A stretch of DNA of 64,000 nt, taken from NCBI GenBank assembly GCA_965237675.1, contig OZ250150.1:2048001-2112000 (forward strand), given 5' to 3'. Source of the stretch: Candidatus Latescibacterota bacterium (GTDB taxonomy: Bacteria; Latescibacterota; UBA2968; GCA-2709665). Numbering within the stretch: position 1 is the stretch's first letter; each line of letters opens with the position of its first letter. The position numbers were made by a program, and so were the translations under genes. Under the pieces are notes generated by a model. That model did not search any database. It saw only the letters and a program-made list of their open reading frames with translations, and was not told the DNA's origin. This document shows positions 19,546-29,198 of the stretch, piece after piece.

Positions 19546-19645
19546 CGTGCCCGTTATATTCGGTGAGCGAATCGGCCTGCACCGGCTTGCCGGACCAGGG
19601 GCAGGTCTCATTGATGCAATCGTCAATGTCAAGAGCGCGTTTCAT
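19538..19645 (-). pseudogene. 5' fragment of small YHS-like Cys protein
   Basis: AGGAG RBS. MKRALDIDDCINETCPWSGKPVQADSLTEYNGHVVG, with the expected FC..C continuation replaced by antisense intron sequence. Confidence 0.7.
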
Positions 19646-19800
19646 CCTTAGTTCTCCTGGCGCGGCCTCGCAATGCTTGCCCGCGACAAAAAAGCGGCAA
19701 TGATCGAGCGAGCCCGTTTGATGGTTCAATCACTCCCCCCTTGAGGAGGAGTCGCAAAAGCCGGGCCCGTCCACTGAGACTTGCCCTCTTGTGCTGCTTG

Positions 19801-19864
19801 CACTGAGCTTGCCGAAGTGAATTGTCGAAGCAAGCCTGTCGAAGGGTGTCGAAATGTCGAAGGG
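19801..19864. repeat. cluster of CTGAGCTTGCCGAAG/TGTCGAAG repeats
   Basis: Five GYCGAA half-sites. Same family as 4365-4442. Confidence 0.6.
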
Positions 19865-19975
19865 CCGGCCTGTTTGCGTGCAACGCACAGGCAGGCGACG
19901 GCTGATGCGGTGGGGGGATCGCATATGGGCTGCGCCGCAAGACCGGCACTTCAGGAGTTTCAAGCAGTTGTTTTT

Positions 19976-20419
19976 CTAGTCCGAACCCCGACGAAATACA
20001 ATACCAGTGACCAGGATACCCAATATCACTCCGGTCGAAAGTCCCCCGGCGAAAACAAGCGATTTACGTGCCACGCCGCGATATTCGATGCTGACGATGT
20101 CGGCAAAACGCAATGTGAACTCCCGCCCAGCGTTGCTACGGGCAAAGGAGGTGTACGGGGTTACCGTCAGCGACATGTGCCCGATTTTTTCAATAACACA
20201 CTCGACAACGCGGCCTGTGATCGGCGTAGGGGCACCCGCCCGTATTCTAATCCTTATGCGCATGCCCTCCTTGAGTTTACCGAGAACTTGCTCTCGCATC
20301 CAAGTCTGATTGTCTTCCTCGAATACTTCGTTTGTGCGAACCAGAGGTTGCCATGTACTGCATCCGACGGTTTGTAGCGGAATTACTGCGATTAAAGCGA
20401 TACTGACTGAGCGTCTCAT
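19976..20419 (-). CDS. hypothetical lipoprotein, paralogue A3
   Basis: LQTVGCSTWQPL, KEGMRIRIRI, DIVSIEYR, C-terminal TM. Confidence 0.85.
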   Translation of the reverse strand: MRRSVSIALIAVIPLQTVGCSTWQPLVRTNEVFEEDNQTWMREQVLGKLKEGMRIRIRIRAGAPTPITGRVVECVIEKIGHMSLTVTPYTSFARSNAGREFTLRFADIVSIEYRGVARKSLVFAGGLSTGVILGILVTGIVFRRGSD

Positions 20420-20507
20420 TCAGTTATCTCCTCGTATTTTAGGCAGCGTGAATGCATCGTTCCATACTCAATGGGCAGTTCGCCTTCGCGGCGATGAGGA
20501 AAGCCCG

Positions 20508-21598
20508 CTAGTGTCCCGTCCCAGAAATAGCTTTACAAAATCGTTCGACTTTTTGGATGATCGATTGTGCGGTGGCGGTCCAGAGGAAAGGCTTCGACGT
20601 GTCGTTGTAGTTGTCGGTGAAGGTTTGTATTCTGTCGATAAGTTCATTGACAGATCTGAAGGAGCCGCGCCTGATGGCCTTCTGAGTGATGATATTGAAC
20701 CAGATCTCGACCTGGTTGAGCCAGGATGCGTAGGTCGGTGTAAAGTGAACGTGGTATCTGGGTCTTTGTGAAAGCCATCGTTTCACTTTGGTGTGTTTGT
20801 GCGTACAATAGTTGTCGACGATCAAATGCACATCGAGATCATCAGGGACGTTTTGGTCGATGTGGTTGAGAAACTGCAAAAACTCCTGGTGGCGGTGCCT
20901 GCGCTTGCATTGCGTCAACACCTCGCCCGAGGCAATGTCCAGGGCAGCGAACAACGTCGTGGTGCCGTGGCGGCGGTAATCGTGCGTCACGCCCTCCACA
21001 TATCCCAGCCCCATCGGCAAAAGCGGCTGGGTACGCTCCAACGCCTGCGTCTGGCTTTTCTCGTCGACACAAAGCACTATCGCAGAATCCGGTGGGTCCA
21101 GATACAGACCGACGATGTCGTGGACTTTTTCTGTGAAGAAGGGATCGTTAGATAGCTTGAAGTGCTTCTGACGGTGTGGCGCAATCCCCAATGTGGACCA
21201 GATACGTTGCACCTCGGATTTGGATATCTTCGTTTCGGCAGCGATGGAACGACACGTCCAATGGGTGCTGCCGTCTTCGGGTTTTTGGTCAGCGTCTTGC
21301 GGATCAGTGCGGTGATGTCTTCGGCCTCAACCGTGCGTGGTCTGCCCGAACGGCGTTCATCATACAGACCCATTAATCCTTGCTGGAGAAAGCGGTTACG
21401 CCAGGTGATGACGCTCTGCTGGCTCAGCCCGACTTTTTGGGCAATCACCCGGTTACTGAGACCTTCGACGCTCATCAAGACGATCTTGGCACGTCGCACG
21501 AGACCATGCGACAACGTACGAGAGGTTGAAAGTGAGTTGAGTTCCTCACGGACCTGGCCAGACAACACAATGGGCTTCCGAGGACGACCGCGTCCCAT
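20508..21598 (-). CDS. IS630 transposase in two frames (-1 shift at A5, 21282-21286)
   Basis: HTH part MGRGRPRK...RSGRPR. Catalytic part [29 protein letters not shown]. Programmed shift or mutation is unresolved. Confidence 0.88.
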
Positions 21599-21690
21599 GG
21601 TTCTCTCCTTTCCCGATGGGTGTAAGAAGCGTGTAGAGAGAACATAGGACAGGCTCAATAAATAGTCAAGTTACTTTAGGGACAAAACAC
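20511..21690 (-). mobile_element. IS630-family insertion sequence
   Basis: IRs GTGTCCCGTCCCAGAAATAGCTT and revcomp GTGTTTTGTCCCTAAAGTAACTT. TA on both sides (20509-10, 21691-92). Confidence 0.92.
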
Positions 21691-22499
21691 TAGAGCATAG
21701 AAGGATTCAGATCCCAGCGCGACATTCTGAGGATGCCGCTTTGGGTCCACCTCTGCCACCTTTCCAGGGCCTGTAAGGTTTTAGCGAAAGCGAGTGTGTC
21801 AATTTCCGAAGCTGTAATTTTCCAAGTTTCCGGTCGTTCGGCCCCGGACTTGATCACAATGCCATCCGCATCTATCTCCAGGACCTTTCCGGATGCCGTC
21901 TTTTTGAGACCCCGCCACGTGTAGACCGCGTGCGCATACCATCCCGTCGTGAGCTTCGACAGGTCGAGATCTTTACGGGACATGACGGTGATCTTCTCCG
22001 CGGCCAGTCTTGCATTCAGCCAGGATTCGAAGGTGAGCCGATCTTCTGCGACGGCCAGAATGTTAATGTCGCCAAATGCTGTTTTTCGCGTTTCAAATGG
22101 CGCGGCCTCGGATTCAATCAGGATACCATCCGGATCTATTCTCGCAATCACGCCCCATGCCACTCCTTCGATCCCTTCCGTGGTGTAGACAACATGCGCA
22201 AAGGATCCCGTTTTAAGCGTTGAGGGGTCCACTTCTCCACGCGACATCACTTTGATGCCGGTCTCCCGGGTCCTTTGGCCGGGCGCTCTCAAAATCTGCT
22301 CCTTCTTCTCGCCGCCGCTATCGTTTTCCGTCTCCAGCTTGTCCTTCACATCTGCACCGTCCGACACAGCTTCGGAAGCACTAAATGGCGCTCTACCTGC
22401 CATCTGAGTTGCGGAGAGTCGCTGCGCGGCGTGCGAACGCGACGATGCTGCAATGGTCGTCAGGATGGCTGCGAGCAATACCAGGGCGGATGACTTCAT
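21690..22499 (-). pseudogene. secreted GWYAHVVY-module protein truncated at IS630 at the start of a third repeat
   Basis: GAGGAG-ATG 22499, signal peptide, two full repeats, then ILRMSRWDLNPSML-stop at the IS end. Confidence 0.8.
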
Positions 22500-22751
22500 G
22501 GATTCTCCTCGTTGAAATACTCTACCTGCTATTTTTGTTGAAGGAGGTGAAACGGGAGAGGGAAGAAGGTAGAGGCAAAGGCGGATTCCTTGATGAGCCA
22601 GACGTGTGACGTCCCCATCATGCCTGTTGTTTGTGGTTTTTCTAACTTCTCCCCTCTTCCGTCTCTCGTCTCCCCTCATTCAGCGTCTTGCCACTTACTG
22701 TGACGATCTACCTTCATAGTAATCGCGACATTCTGGTGCCCTGGCAGACGC

Positions 22752-23975
22752 CTAAAACTCGAACGACAATGCGGCTCGCAGACCCTTGTCTCTTGTCGGC
22801 GCGATGCTCAAGTTGAGGCGGTTAATTGGAGCGTCGACCCATCGGTCGGTCTGAATCAGAGAGCCGATTGCAGTAAAGACAATAACCGGCACAAAGAACC
22901 CGGTAAACAACCGATTGACTTCATACCCGGTATCGGGGTCGTTCCATTGCGGTTCTTCCGTATTTGCTGTAACTACCAGCGCAGTCAACATTCCTGCGGC
23001 CAAACCGATCAGCAGCCCTTTGCCCGTGTTTCGGCGACGCCCATTATAAAACTCCAAATCAGTTATTGAAGAAGCGGGTACTGGAAAGACATCCCGCCTG
23101 GATGGACCAACCCCAATCAGGAATGTATCCTGTTTCACGTCGACAAGCCTGCCACGTGTCCATCTCTTTTCGGACAGTTTATCAATAGTCAAGGGCGCCT
23201 TGAAATGTAGTTCGGAATCCTCCATCAGGCGTTTGATGGCGAGTTTCACGTTTCTCCATCCCGTAATGTCGCCACGTCTTTCAGCGCCGACGATGATGTG
23301 GATGTCGTTAAACGGGATTTTTCTCAATGTGCCCGAACTCCCCCAGGAACCGTAACTGGAATTGACAACAAAGTGTCGATTTCCAATTTCCACAATTTCC
23401 GCGAGTTCGGCTCGTTTGTCGTAATTGAAATCGTATACCACGTACGCGTACCATCCGTTCTTGAGTCTAGTTACGTCGAACGTGCTACGCGACATGACGA
23501 CGAGACGGCCTTCCATCCGCCTTTGCCACCTCTCCAGCGCCTGTGGATCCCTGGCGACAACGAGCGTGTCAATTTCGGCGTACCTTATATGTATTTTTCT
23601 CCGGATTATGCCGGCGGATTTTATCCAGATGCCCTCCGGATATTTCCCGCTGATCTGGCCGGTAAAGGTGCTCTTCGCGCCTGACGAAGTGTAGATTACA
23701 TGCGCATACAATCGCTTCTCTAACTTCGATTCAATCATATTCGCCCCCGACATCACCACGACGTCCATCTGATAGAATAACCTTATTGCCCGTTCAGCGA
23801 CAGCCAGGGCACGGTCCCTCTCGGACAGGGGTTTCCGCCCGCTAAGCCTCGTGGCTTTGGTCTGTCCGATCCGCTCGGGCTTTCCGCCGGGGAGTTCCTC
23901 CGCCAGCACGGAAACGTACGGCGCAAGGATCTCGATCAACAGGCATGCGATCAATATCAAAGAGGTTGACTTCAT
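22752..23975 (-). CDS. secreted GWYAHVVY-module protein with Gly-rich TM hairpin and terminal beta-hairpin ending in F
   Basis: Signal peptide, two repeats plus a third Sm-like unit, NTGKGLLIGLAAG, LNLSIAPTRDKGLRAALSFEF. Confidence 0.85.
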   Translation of the reverse strand: MKSTSLILIACLLIEILAPYVSVLAEELPGGKPERIGQTKATRLSGRKPLSERDRALAVAERAIRLFYQMDVVVMSGANMIESKLEKRLYAHVIYTSSGAKSTFTGQISGKYPEGIWIKSAGIIRRKIHIRYAEIDTLVVARDPQALERWQRRMEGRLVVMSRSTFDVTRLKNGWYAYVVYDFNYDKRAELAEIVEIGNRHFVVNSSYGSWGSSGTLRKIPFNDIHIIVGAERRGDITGWRNVKLAIKRLMEDSELHFKAPLTIDKLSEKRWTRGRLVDVKQDTFLIGVGPSRRDVFPVPASSITDLEFYNGRRRNTGKGLLIGLAAGMLTALVVTANTEEPQWNDPDTGYEVNRLFTGFFVPVIVFTAIGSLIQTDRWVDAPINRLNLSIAPTRDKGLRAALSFEF

Positions 23976-24097
23976 TGATTCCTCAAATCTCCGAGTACTC
24001 GTGGAACTCTACTCGGGCCGTGATCCTAGCTCATTGAGACAAAGACCGGCTATCCTCCCACTCTGTTTACCTGGCAGAATGCGATCGTGGATCTTGA

Positions 24098-25306
24098 TTA
24101 AAATCGATACGTTGTGACAGCGGTTACGCTACCGTTTCTCCTGGGCGCCAGGCCGACCGAAAAACCAGGCGCGTCAGGCGGCCTTCGCGAACGCTCGAAC
24201 ATCATTGTAGCTCCAACCAGAGGGCCTAAGAGAAGTGATGGCCAAAGGACTTCGTCTAACATCGTCATTACGACGCCTGCTCCGCATCCTGTCGCGGAAC
24301 CGGCCAATGAGTAGATGTGTCGATCATACGGATCTGCGAGGCTTGCCATGGATACACCAAGTAAATACCCCAGGGACAATCCCAGAGCGGTTTCGCCCTC
24401 GATGCAGATCTCACCTCTCATCCCGGGACGATTGCAGTTGTTTTCTGTGAAACCCATTCCGATACTGCCGATCAGAATTGCACCCCCTGCTGAGCCAAGG
24501 ATCCCTCCAAGTGCTCCGTAGATCAACTTGCCTGCAATCCGCATCGGCGCTCCGACCGTTATGGGTTGGCTTGCATTTCTCCACTGACGGATCATCTTTC
24601 TTTTTACCGTGACAGCGATGGTCTCGATGTCACCATACTCGATTTCCAGCTCTTTTCCCCATCTGGATGAATTACTGCTTCGGTCCCATGACGTGATCAG
24701 GATAACCCGATGGTCCACGTGGGTAATTTCTCCGGTGGCAGCGTCTTTGTTTCCACCCGACGTATAGGTTACGTCCGCATACCATCCCTTCCTGATCTTC
24801 GAGAGTTCAAGCGCTCCACGCGCCATCACCAGGAAACGGCCATTCGATCGTGCTTTCCACTTCTCCATCGTTTGACGGTTTCTGGCGACTACGACCGTGT
24901 CGATGTCGCTATACTCTATTTGCCACCTTTCAATGAATCCGGCTGTAGATTTAAGTGTCATTCCTTCCTGGCTTCTTTCTGCAATGGTGCCTGTCGATGT
25001 TGCCCTGACTCCTTCCGAGGTGTAGACCACATGCGTGTAACGTCCTCTCTTCAGCTTCTTCAGGTCAATACTTCCGCGTAACATTACTGCGACATCCTTT
25101 TCGAAGAATTGCTTAACTGACCGATCAACGATCTCCGCGGCGCTATCAGTCTCCATCGTCTGTTTGTGCGTCTGTTCAACAGCCGGATCCAGTCCTGCCG
25201 TGCGTTGCGTCCTCATGTAATGCAGTCGACCGGTGGCGTGGGCAAGACAGGGTGCCAGGATCTCAAGCATCAGGCCTGCATTTAATATCACGGCAGTTAA
25301 TTTCAT
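24098..25306 (-). CDS. secreted GWYAHVVY-module protein with glycine-zipper helices and terminal beta-hairpin ending in F
   Basis: Two repeats, GALGGILGSAGG, GLSLGYLLG, FSVGLAPRRNGSVTAVTTYRF. Confidence 0.85.
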   Translation of the reverse strand: MKLTAVILNAGLMLEILAPCLAHATGRLHYMRTQRTAGLDPAVEQTHKQTMETDSAAEIVDRSVKQFFEKDVAVMLRGSIDLKKLKRGRYTHVVYTSEGVRATSTGTIAERSQEGMTLKSTAGFIERWQIEYSDIDTVVVARNRQTMEKWKARSNGRFLVMARGALELSKIRKGWYADVTYTSGGNKDAATGEITHVDHRVILITSWDRSSNSSRWGKELEIEYGDIETIAVTVKRKMIRQWRNASQPITVGAPMRIAGKLIYGALGGILGSAGGAILIGSIGMGFTENNCNRPGMRGEICIEGETALGLSLGYLLGVSMASLADPYDRHIYSLAGSATGCGAGVVMTMLDEVLWPSLLLGPLVGATMMFERSRRPPDAPGFSVGLAPRRNGSVTAVTTYRF

Positions 25307-25516
25307 CGACACACCTCGCTGAAAAACTCTTCGTACTGTCCTTATGCAAGAAGGTAGGAAGAAAGAGGGTGGAAGGAAGAGGAAAACGCGGTTTTATCGA
25401 GGCGCACCGCGCGTGAGGTCTCTTGCGCGCCTTTCATTTCAGGTTTTTTCTCACCTCTTACGTCTCGCCGTATTTCGGGTTTTTCTCACGTCGCACCTCT
25501 TCCCTCTCACTGCTTT

Positions 25517-26666
25517 TTAGAACTTGAACGACATCGCGGCTCGCAGACCTCTGTCTCTTGTCGGCGCGATGCTCAGATTGATCCGTGAAGGGGAGACTTC
25601 GACCCATTTTTCGCTAATGGTTCTAACACCGACCAGGGTTCCACACAGTGTCGCGAGAGGCACAGCCAGTACCCGCGTAGAAGAATCGATCGTTGCCCTC
25701 CCGTTCTCCAACTTTCTCTCTTCTATCGTTGTCAGATACATCATGAGGATATATCAGAAATGCCGCGCCAAGTCCGGAAAGAAACCCGATCCCTATACCC
25801 TTGATCGTGTTTCGATGAAGACCCATGCTTACTTCCAGATCTTTGACTAAAGCGCGGGGGATCCGTTCGGCGCCGCGTTCGGACAGGATCTCAAGCGTGT
25901 CCTGGACGGAACCAATAAACCTCCCGGTCACCCATTTCGGCGATATCGAGGGCGCCTTTAACCGGACCCTGGGTCCCTGGAGCTCACGCATCGCCCTCTG
26001 CGTTCTCTGCCAGCGATCCATGTCTCTGCGATTGCGGGCGACGATGATGCGCTCGATATCGTCCGACCGGATTGTCCAACGGACTCCGGATTTCTTCCCG
26101 GGTTTGATTACGATATGATTCGCGTCTCTACGGATAATCACACCCGTAGTGGAGCGCCTGACACCTGAGGATCTATAATCAACGTGTACGTGCCATCCGA
26201 ATCTCAGCTTCCCGAGGTTGAGGTCTTCGTCGGACAACACCGTCATCGCCGACTTCTGAACCTGAAGCATCGCCCGTCTTGACATTCGCCACAATTCGAT
26301 GCCTCCCGGGTTGTCGGAAAACGCGAGGACCACAATATCGCGACGCGCGATCTCCCATCCTTTCCCTTCACCCGCCGCGATGACGACTCGATTCGAATTG
26401 CAGCTAACGATTCGGCCCATCGCCGCGTTTTCAACCTCGTTCGAATTGAACACCACGTACGCATACAATCCGGGCGAAAGCTTTTTCACATCAAGTTCCT
26501 TACCGGGCATGACCGTAACCGCCTTCGCATGGAGCCTCTGAATGGCCGCTTCAATTGCCGGATCCGCCTGCTGCGCGCCTCGAAGTTGTGTGGCTGCGTG
26601 CGCAAGGGCGGGTGCAATCGCGTTTGACATCAGGGTCGCGGTCAAGATGAGTGCGACAGATTTCAT
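25517..26666 (-). pseudogene. paralogue of 22752-23975 with one frameshift (probably CCC at 25672-25674)
   Basis: Removing one base gives NDRFFYA-VLAVPLATLCG...INLSIAPTRDRGLRAAMSFKF, collinear with the paralogue. Could be a sequencing error. Confidence 0.8.
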
Positions 26667-26728
26667 GATTACCCTCCACAGGCTCTTACATGGCGATTTC
26701 TGCAGCGTTCGAGACGTTCTCCGGACGC

Positions 26729-27763
26729 TTATCCCTGGTGCAGTGGCGCCGCCGTTTCCATCTGCTCGAGACCGTCTTTCTCCTTCGGCGCGCCGAACTG
26801 TATAATGCTCGATCCGAGCAGGAGCAGCAGCAGGCCCAACAGCATCCAGAAGATCTTCCGGATTCGACGGATAATTCCCACGGCCAATCCGGTACCCGGT
26901 TCCAGTCCCATCAAATGAAAGAGGAACACGTGCCCGCCTTCGAAGACCCCCATGCCGTAGGGAACGAAACCGAATATCACGTTGATCACCATCATCAGTG
27001 AATGGAACAGGTAGACCGAAACGAACGGCAGTGGTTCACCCAGCACTTGAAGAATCACGTAAATCTCCAGTGTGCCGAGGCTCCATGTCAGCAGATGGAG
27101 TCCCAACAGGCCCGCCAGCCGCAAAGGGTTCAGACGGTAAAACGCGGCCAGGCTCCGATCGATCTCCGCCGCCCGGTCGCGGTACCGCTCCACAAACGTG
27201 ATCCGCATCCGCAGCAACAGATTCAAGAGCCCGGTGAAGGGATTGCGGCGCTGTCTGACGACGGTCAGAACGCCGCCGCCGACGGCCAGTGCCAGCATGG
27301 CAAAAAGCGTCCACCGGATCTCCTCCGAAAACGCGTACCGATTAAGACCCGCGATGACGCCGCCCAGGACGAAAATGACGCCGCTGATCATCTCGCCCGT
27401 TTTATTGAGGACAAGCGAGGACACGCCGGCGATCACGCCCATTCTCTGCCGCAGCATCATCACTTTGGCGACCTCTTTGCCGATCTGCGAAGCCGGCATC
27501 ACGTTTCCCAACGCTTCGCCAACCAGTTTGACCCACAGCAACGGTCTCAATCGGGGCCTCTTCTTCCCACCGTCGAAGCATTTCCGCCATGCGCAGACGT
27601 TAATGATATAGGCCGCCAGGGTAATTCCGATCGTCGGAATATATCCCCAGCCCATCATCACCACGTGCTGCCACACCTCCGGATCGCCAAGCTGGTGCAG
27701 GAGCACGCCGAGGCATGCAAGGCCCAACAGCCAGAGCAGTATATACGTTTCCTGTCTCATCAT
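26729..27763 (-). CDS. lysylphosphatidylglycerol-synthase TM / flippase-like membrane protein (UPF0104)
   Basis: Multi-TM. GEALGNVMPASQIGKE and FVPYGMGVFEGG motifs. Confidence 0.85.
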   Translation of the reverse strand: MMRQETYILLWLLGLACLGVLLHQLGDPEVWQHVVMMGWGYIPTIGITLAAYIINVCAWRKCFDGGKKRPRLRPLLWVKLVGEALGNVMPASQIGKEVAKVMMLRQRMGVIAGVSSLVLNKTGEMISGVIFVLGGVIAGLNRYAFSEEIRWTLFAMLALAVGGGVLTVVRQRRNPFTGLLNLLLRMRITFVERYRDRAAEIDRSLAAFYRLNPLRLAGLLGLHLLTWSLGTLEIYVILQVLGEPLPFVSVYLFHSLMMVINVIFGFVPYGMGVFEGGHVFLFHLMGLEPGTGLAVGIIRRIRKIFWMLLGLLLLLLGSSIIQFGAPKEKDGLEQMETAAPLHQG

Positions 27764-27785
27764 ATTCTCCTCGAATAGCGACCAG

Positions 27786-28433
27786 TCAGATCACGACCCT
27801 CTTGGCCGCGGTGATTACGGGAATTCCCCGGATCGCGCACAGGGCGACGGTCAGGTAGGTCGCTGCCAGAGCGACCCTCTCCACACCCGGTTCGACCGCA
27901 CCCGCCAGGTTCGGTGAATGTTGCACGGCGTTCAGGATGAACAACGCGACGAAAGCGATCACCTTCGCAACGCCGTACGTCGCCCGGCTCGCCCGGGAGG
28001 CAACAAGGGCGTACCCCATGCGCGACCGCATCATCGATGTCTCACCGAACGCGGTCTCACCTCGGGCCAGCGCGCAACTCCGAATCGCGTCCGTCACGAA
28101 TCCCCTGCTGAGCACAACCAGGGGCACCCAGAGGGGGATCACATGTAACCACGCGAACACCACCCACCACACGTTCTCCGCTATCCGGTCTCCGACGATA
28201 TCGAGCAATCCGCCGACTTTGCTCTCGCATCCCAGGCGGCGTGCGGCGTACCCATCCAGCCAATCCATCAGCAGCGCGGCAAACGCGAGGGGCACCGCAA
28301 TCCAGGCCAGCACGGTATTTCCGGTGACCGCGAAGGCCGCCGCCAGAAACAGGCAGACGACCCGGGTGGCGGTGATCAGGTTGGCAACGTGGCGCTGAAG
28401 GGTGGCTGCAACCATCAATGTCTGTGTTGACAT
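27786..28433 (-). CDS. CDP-alcohol phosphatidyltransferase
   Basis: AGGAGG-ATG 28433. ANLITATR, signature DWLDGYAARRLGCESKVGGLLDIVGD. Confidence 0.93.
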   Translation of the reverse strand: MSTQTLMVAATLQRHVANLITATRVVCLFLAAAFAVTGNTVLAWIAVPLAFAALLMDWLDGYAARRLGCESKVGGLLDIVGDRIAENVWWVVFAWLHVIPLWVPLVVLSRGFVTDAIRSCALARGETAFGETSMMRSRMGYALVASRASRATYGVAKVIAFVALFILNAVQHSPNLAGAVEPGVERVALAATYLTVALCAIRGIPVITAAKRVVI

Positions 28434-28462
28434 AACTTCCTCCTTTCTTGCACCACACATTT

Positions 28463-28478
28463 CGCAAACCCCGTGCCA
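28463..28478 (-). promoter_or_regulatory. sigma-54 -24/-12 promoter
   Basis: TGGCACGGGGTTTGCG, near-consensus, ~30 nt upstream of ATG 28433. Confidence 0.88.
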
Positions 28479-28542
28479 CAGCCGTTCGGGCTCGAAATCA
28501 GGCCGATTAGATGATTTTCGGCACCTGAAAGCGCCCGACCTG

Positions 28543-28580
28543 TGCAATGTTTTATTTGCACCTGCAATCCCGGTCTTGCA
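28543..28580. promoter_or_regulatory. tandem enhancer sites TGCAA-N8-TTGCA x2
   Basis: TGCAATGTTTTATTTGCA (28543-60) and TGCAATCCCGGTCTTGCA (28563-80), 20 bp period. Confidence 0.75.
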
Positions 28581-28913
28581 GGCAACGCGCCGATAGGCGG
28601 CACAAAAAAACCCGAAGACAAGAAATTTGTCTTCGGGCACCCTTTGGGGAGGCGACGATCCAACTGCATTGTTTATTATTATAATTTTACGTCCTTTTTC
28701 TTGTACGCCCAAGAAAAAGGACCAAAAAGAACGGCGCCGCTCGGCGCGGAGCCGGTTTTTCCGCGAATCGCCTCAGAGGCATAAACGGGAATTGGGTACC
28801 CTGCGAACCTGTCAGGTGTACCTGTACCACCGTGCTGGACGGAACAGTACGGAAAAACCCCCCTTTCCACCACCGGTCGCACGATCGGTAGATCGGGAAG
28901 CTGCGCGAAAGGC

Positions 28914-29018
28914 GGGCGGTTCGCGAACCGCCCCTACGAAAACCTGATGTCCGTGATGTTGATATCACGGTGTTTCTCGCCAACCTCGTATTCGTAGGGG
29001 CGACTCTTAGAGTCGCCC
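28914..29018. repeat. pair of GTAG-type REP palindromes
   Basis: GGGCGGTTCGCGAACCGCCC-CTAC (28914-37) and GTAG-GGGCGACTCTTAGAGTCGCCC (28994-29018). Confidence 0.8.
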
Positions 29019-29170
29019 ACGTCGTGGCGTGCATATCGCTAATTGGCTTCGCCAAGCCATGTCGATGTCCGGTGTTGGCTTTTTGCTGTCTACTGACCGC
29101 TGTTCTCGCCGGAGGCAGGGAATTTGGGGAGATGTGGATTTTGAAATTGGTTTTCGGTTTTGATCTTTGT

Positions 29171-29198
29171 TGACTGCTGAAGGCTGACTGCTGACTGC
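29171..29198 (-). repeat. heptamer tandem repeat (TGANNGC)x4
   Basis: TGACTGC TGAAGGC TGACTGC TGACTGC, the reverse-complement class of 18969-18996. Confidence 0.8.

Noticed and set aside
14168-20419. Diversity-generating retroelement (RT near similar paralogues)
   Set aside because: The RT is a truncated group II intron RT behind a GTGCG 5' end. Paralogue differences include indels and are not adenine-specific. No template repeat seen.
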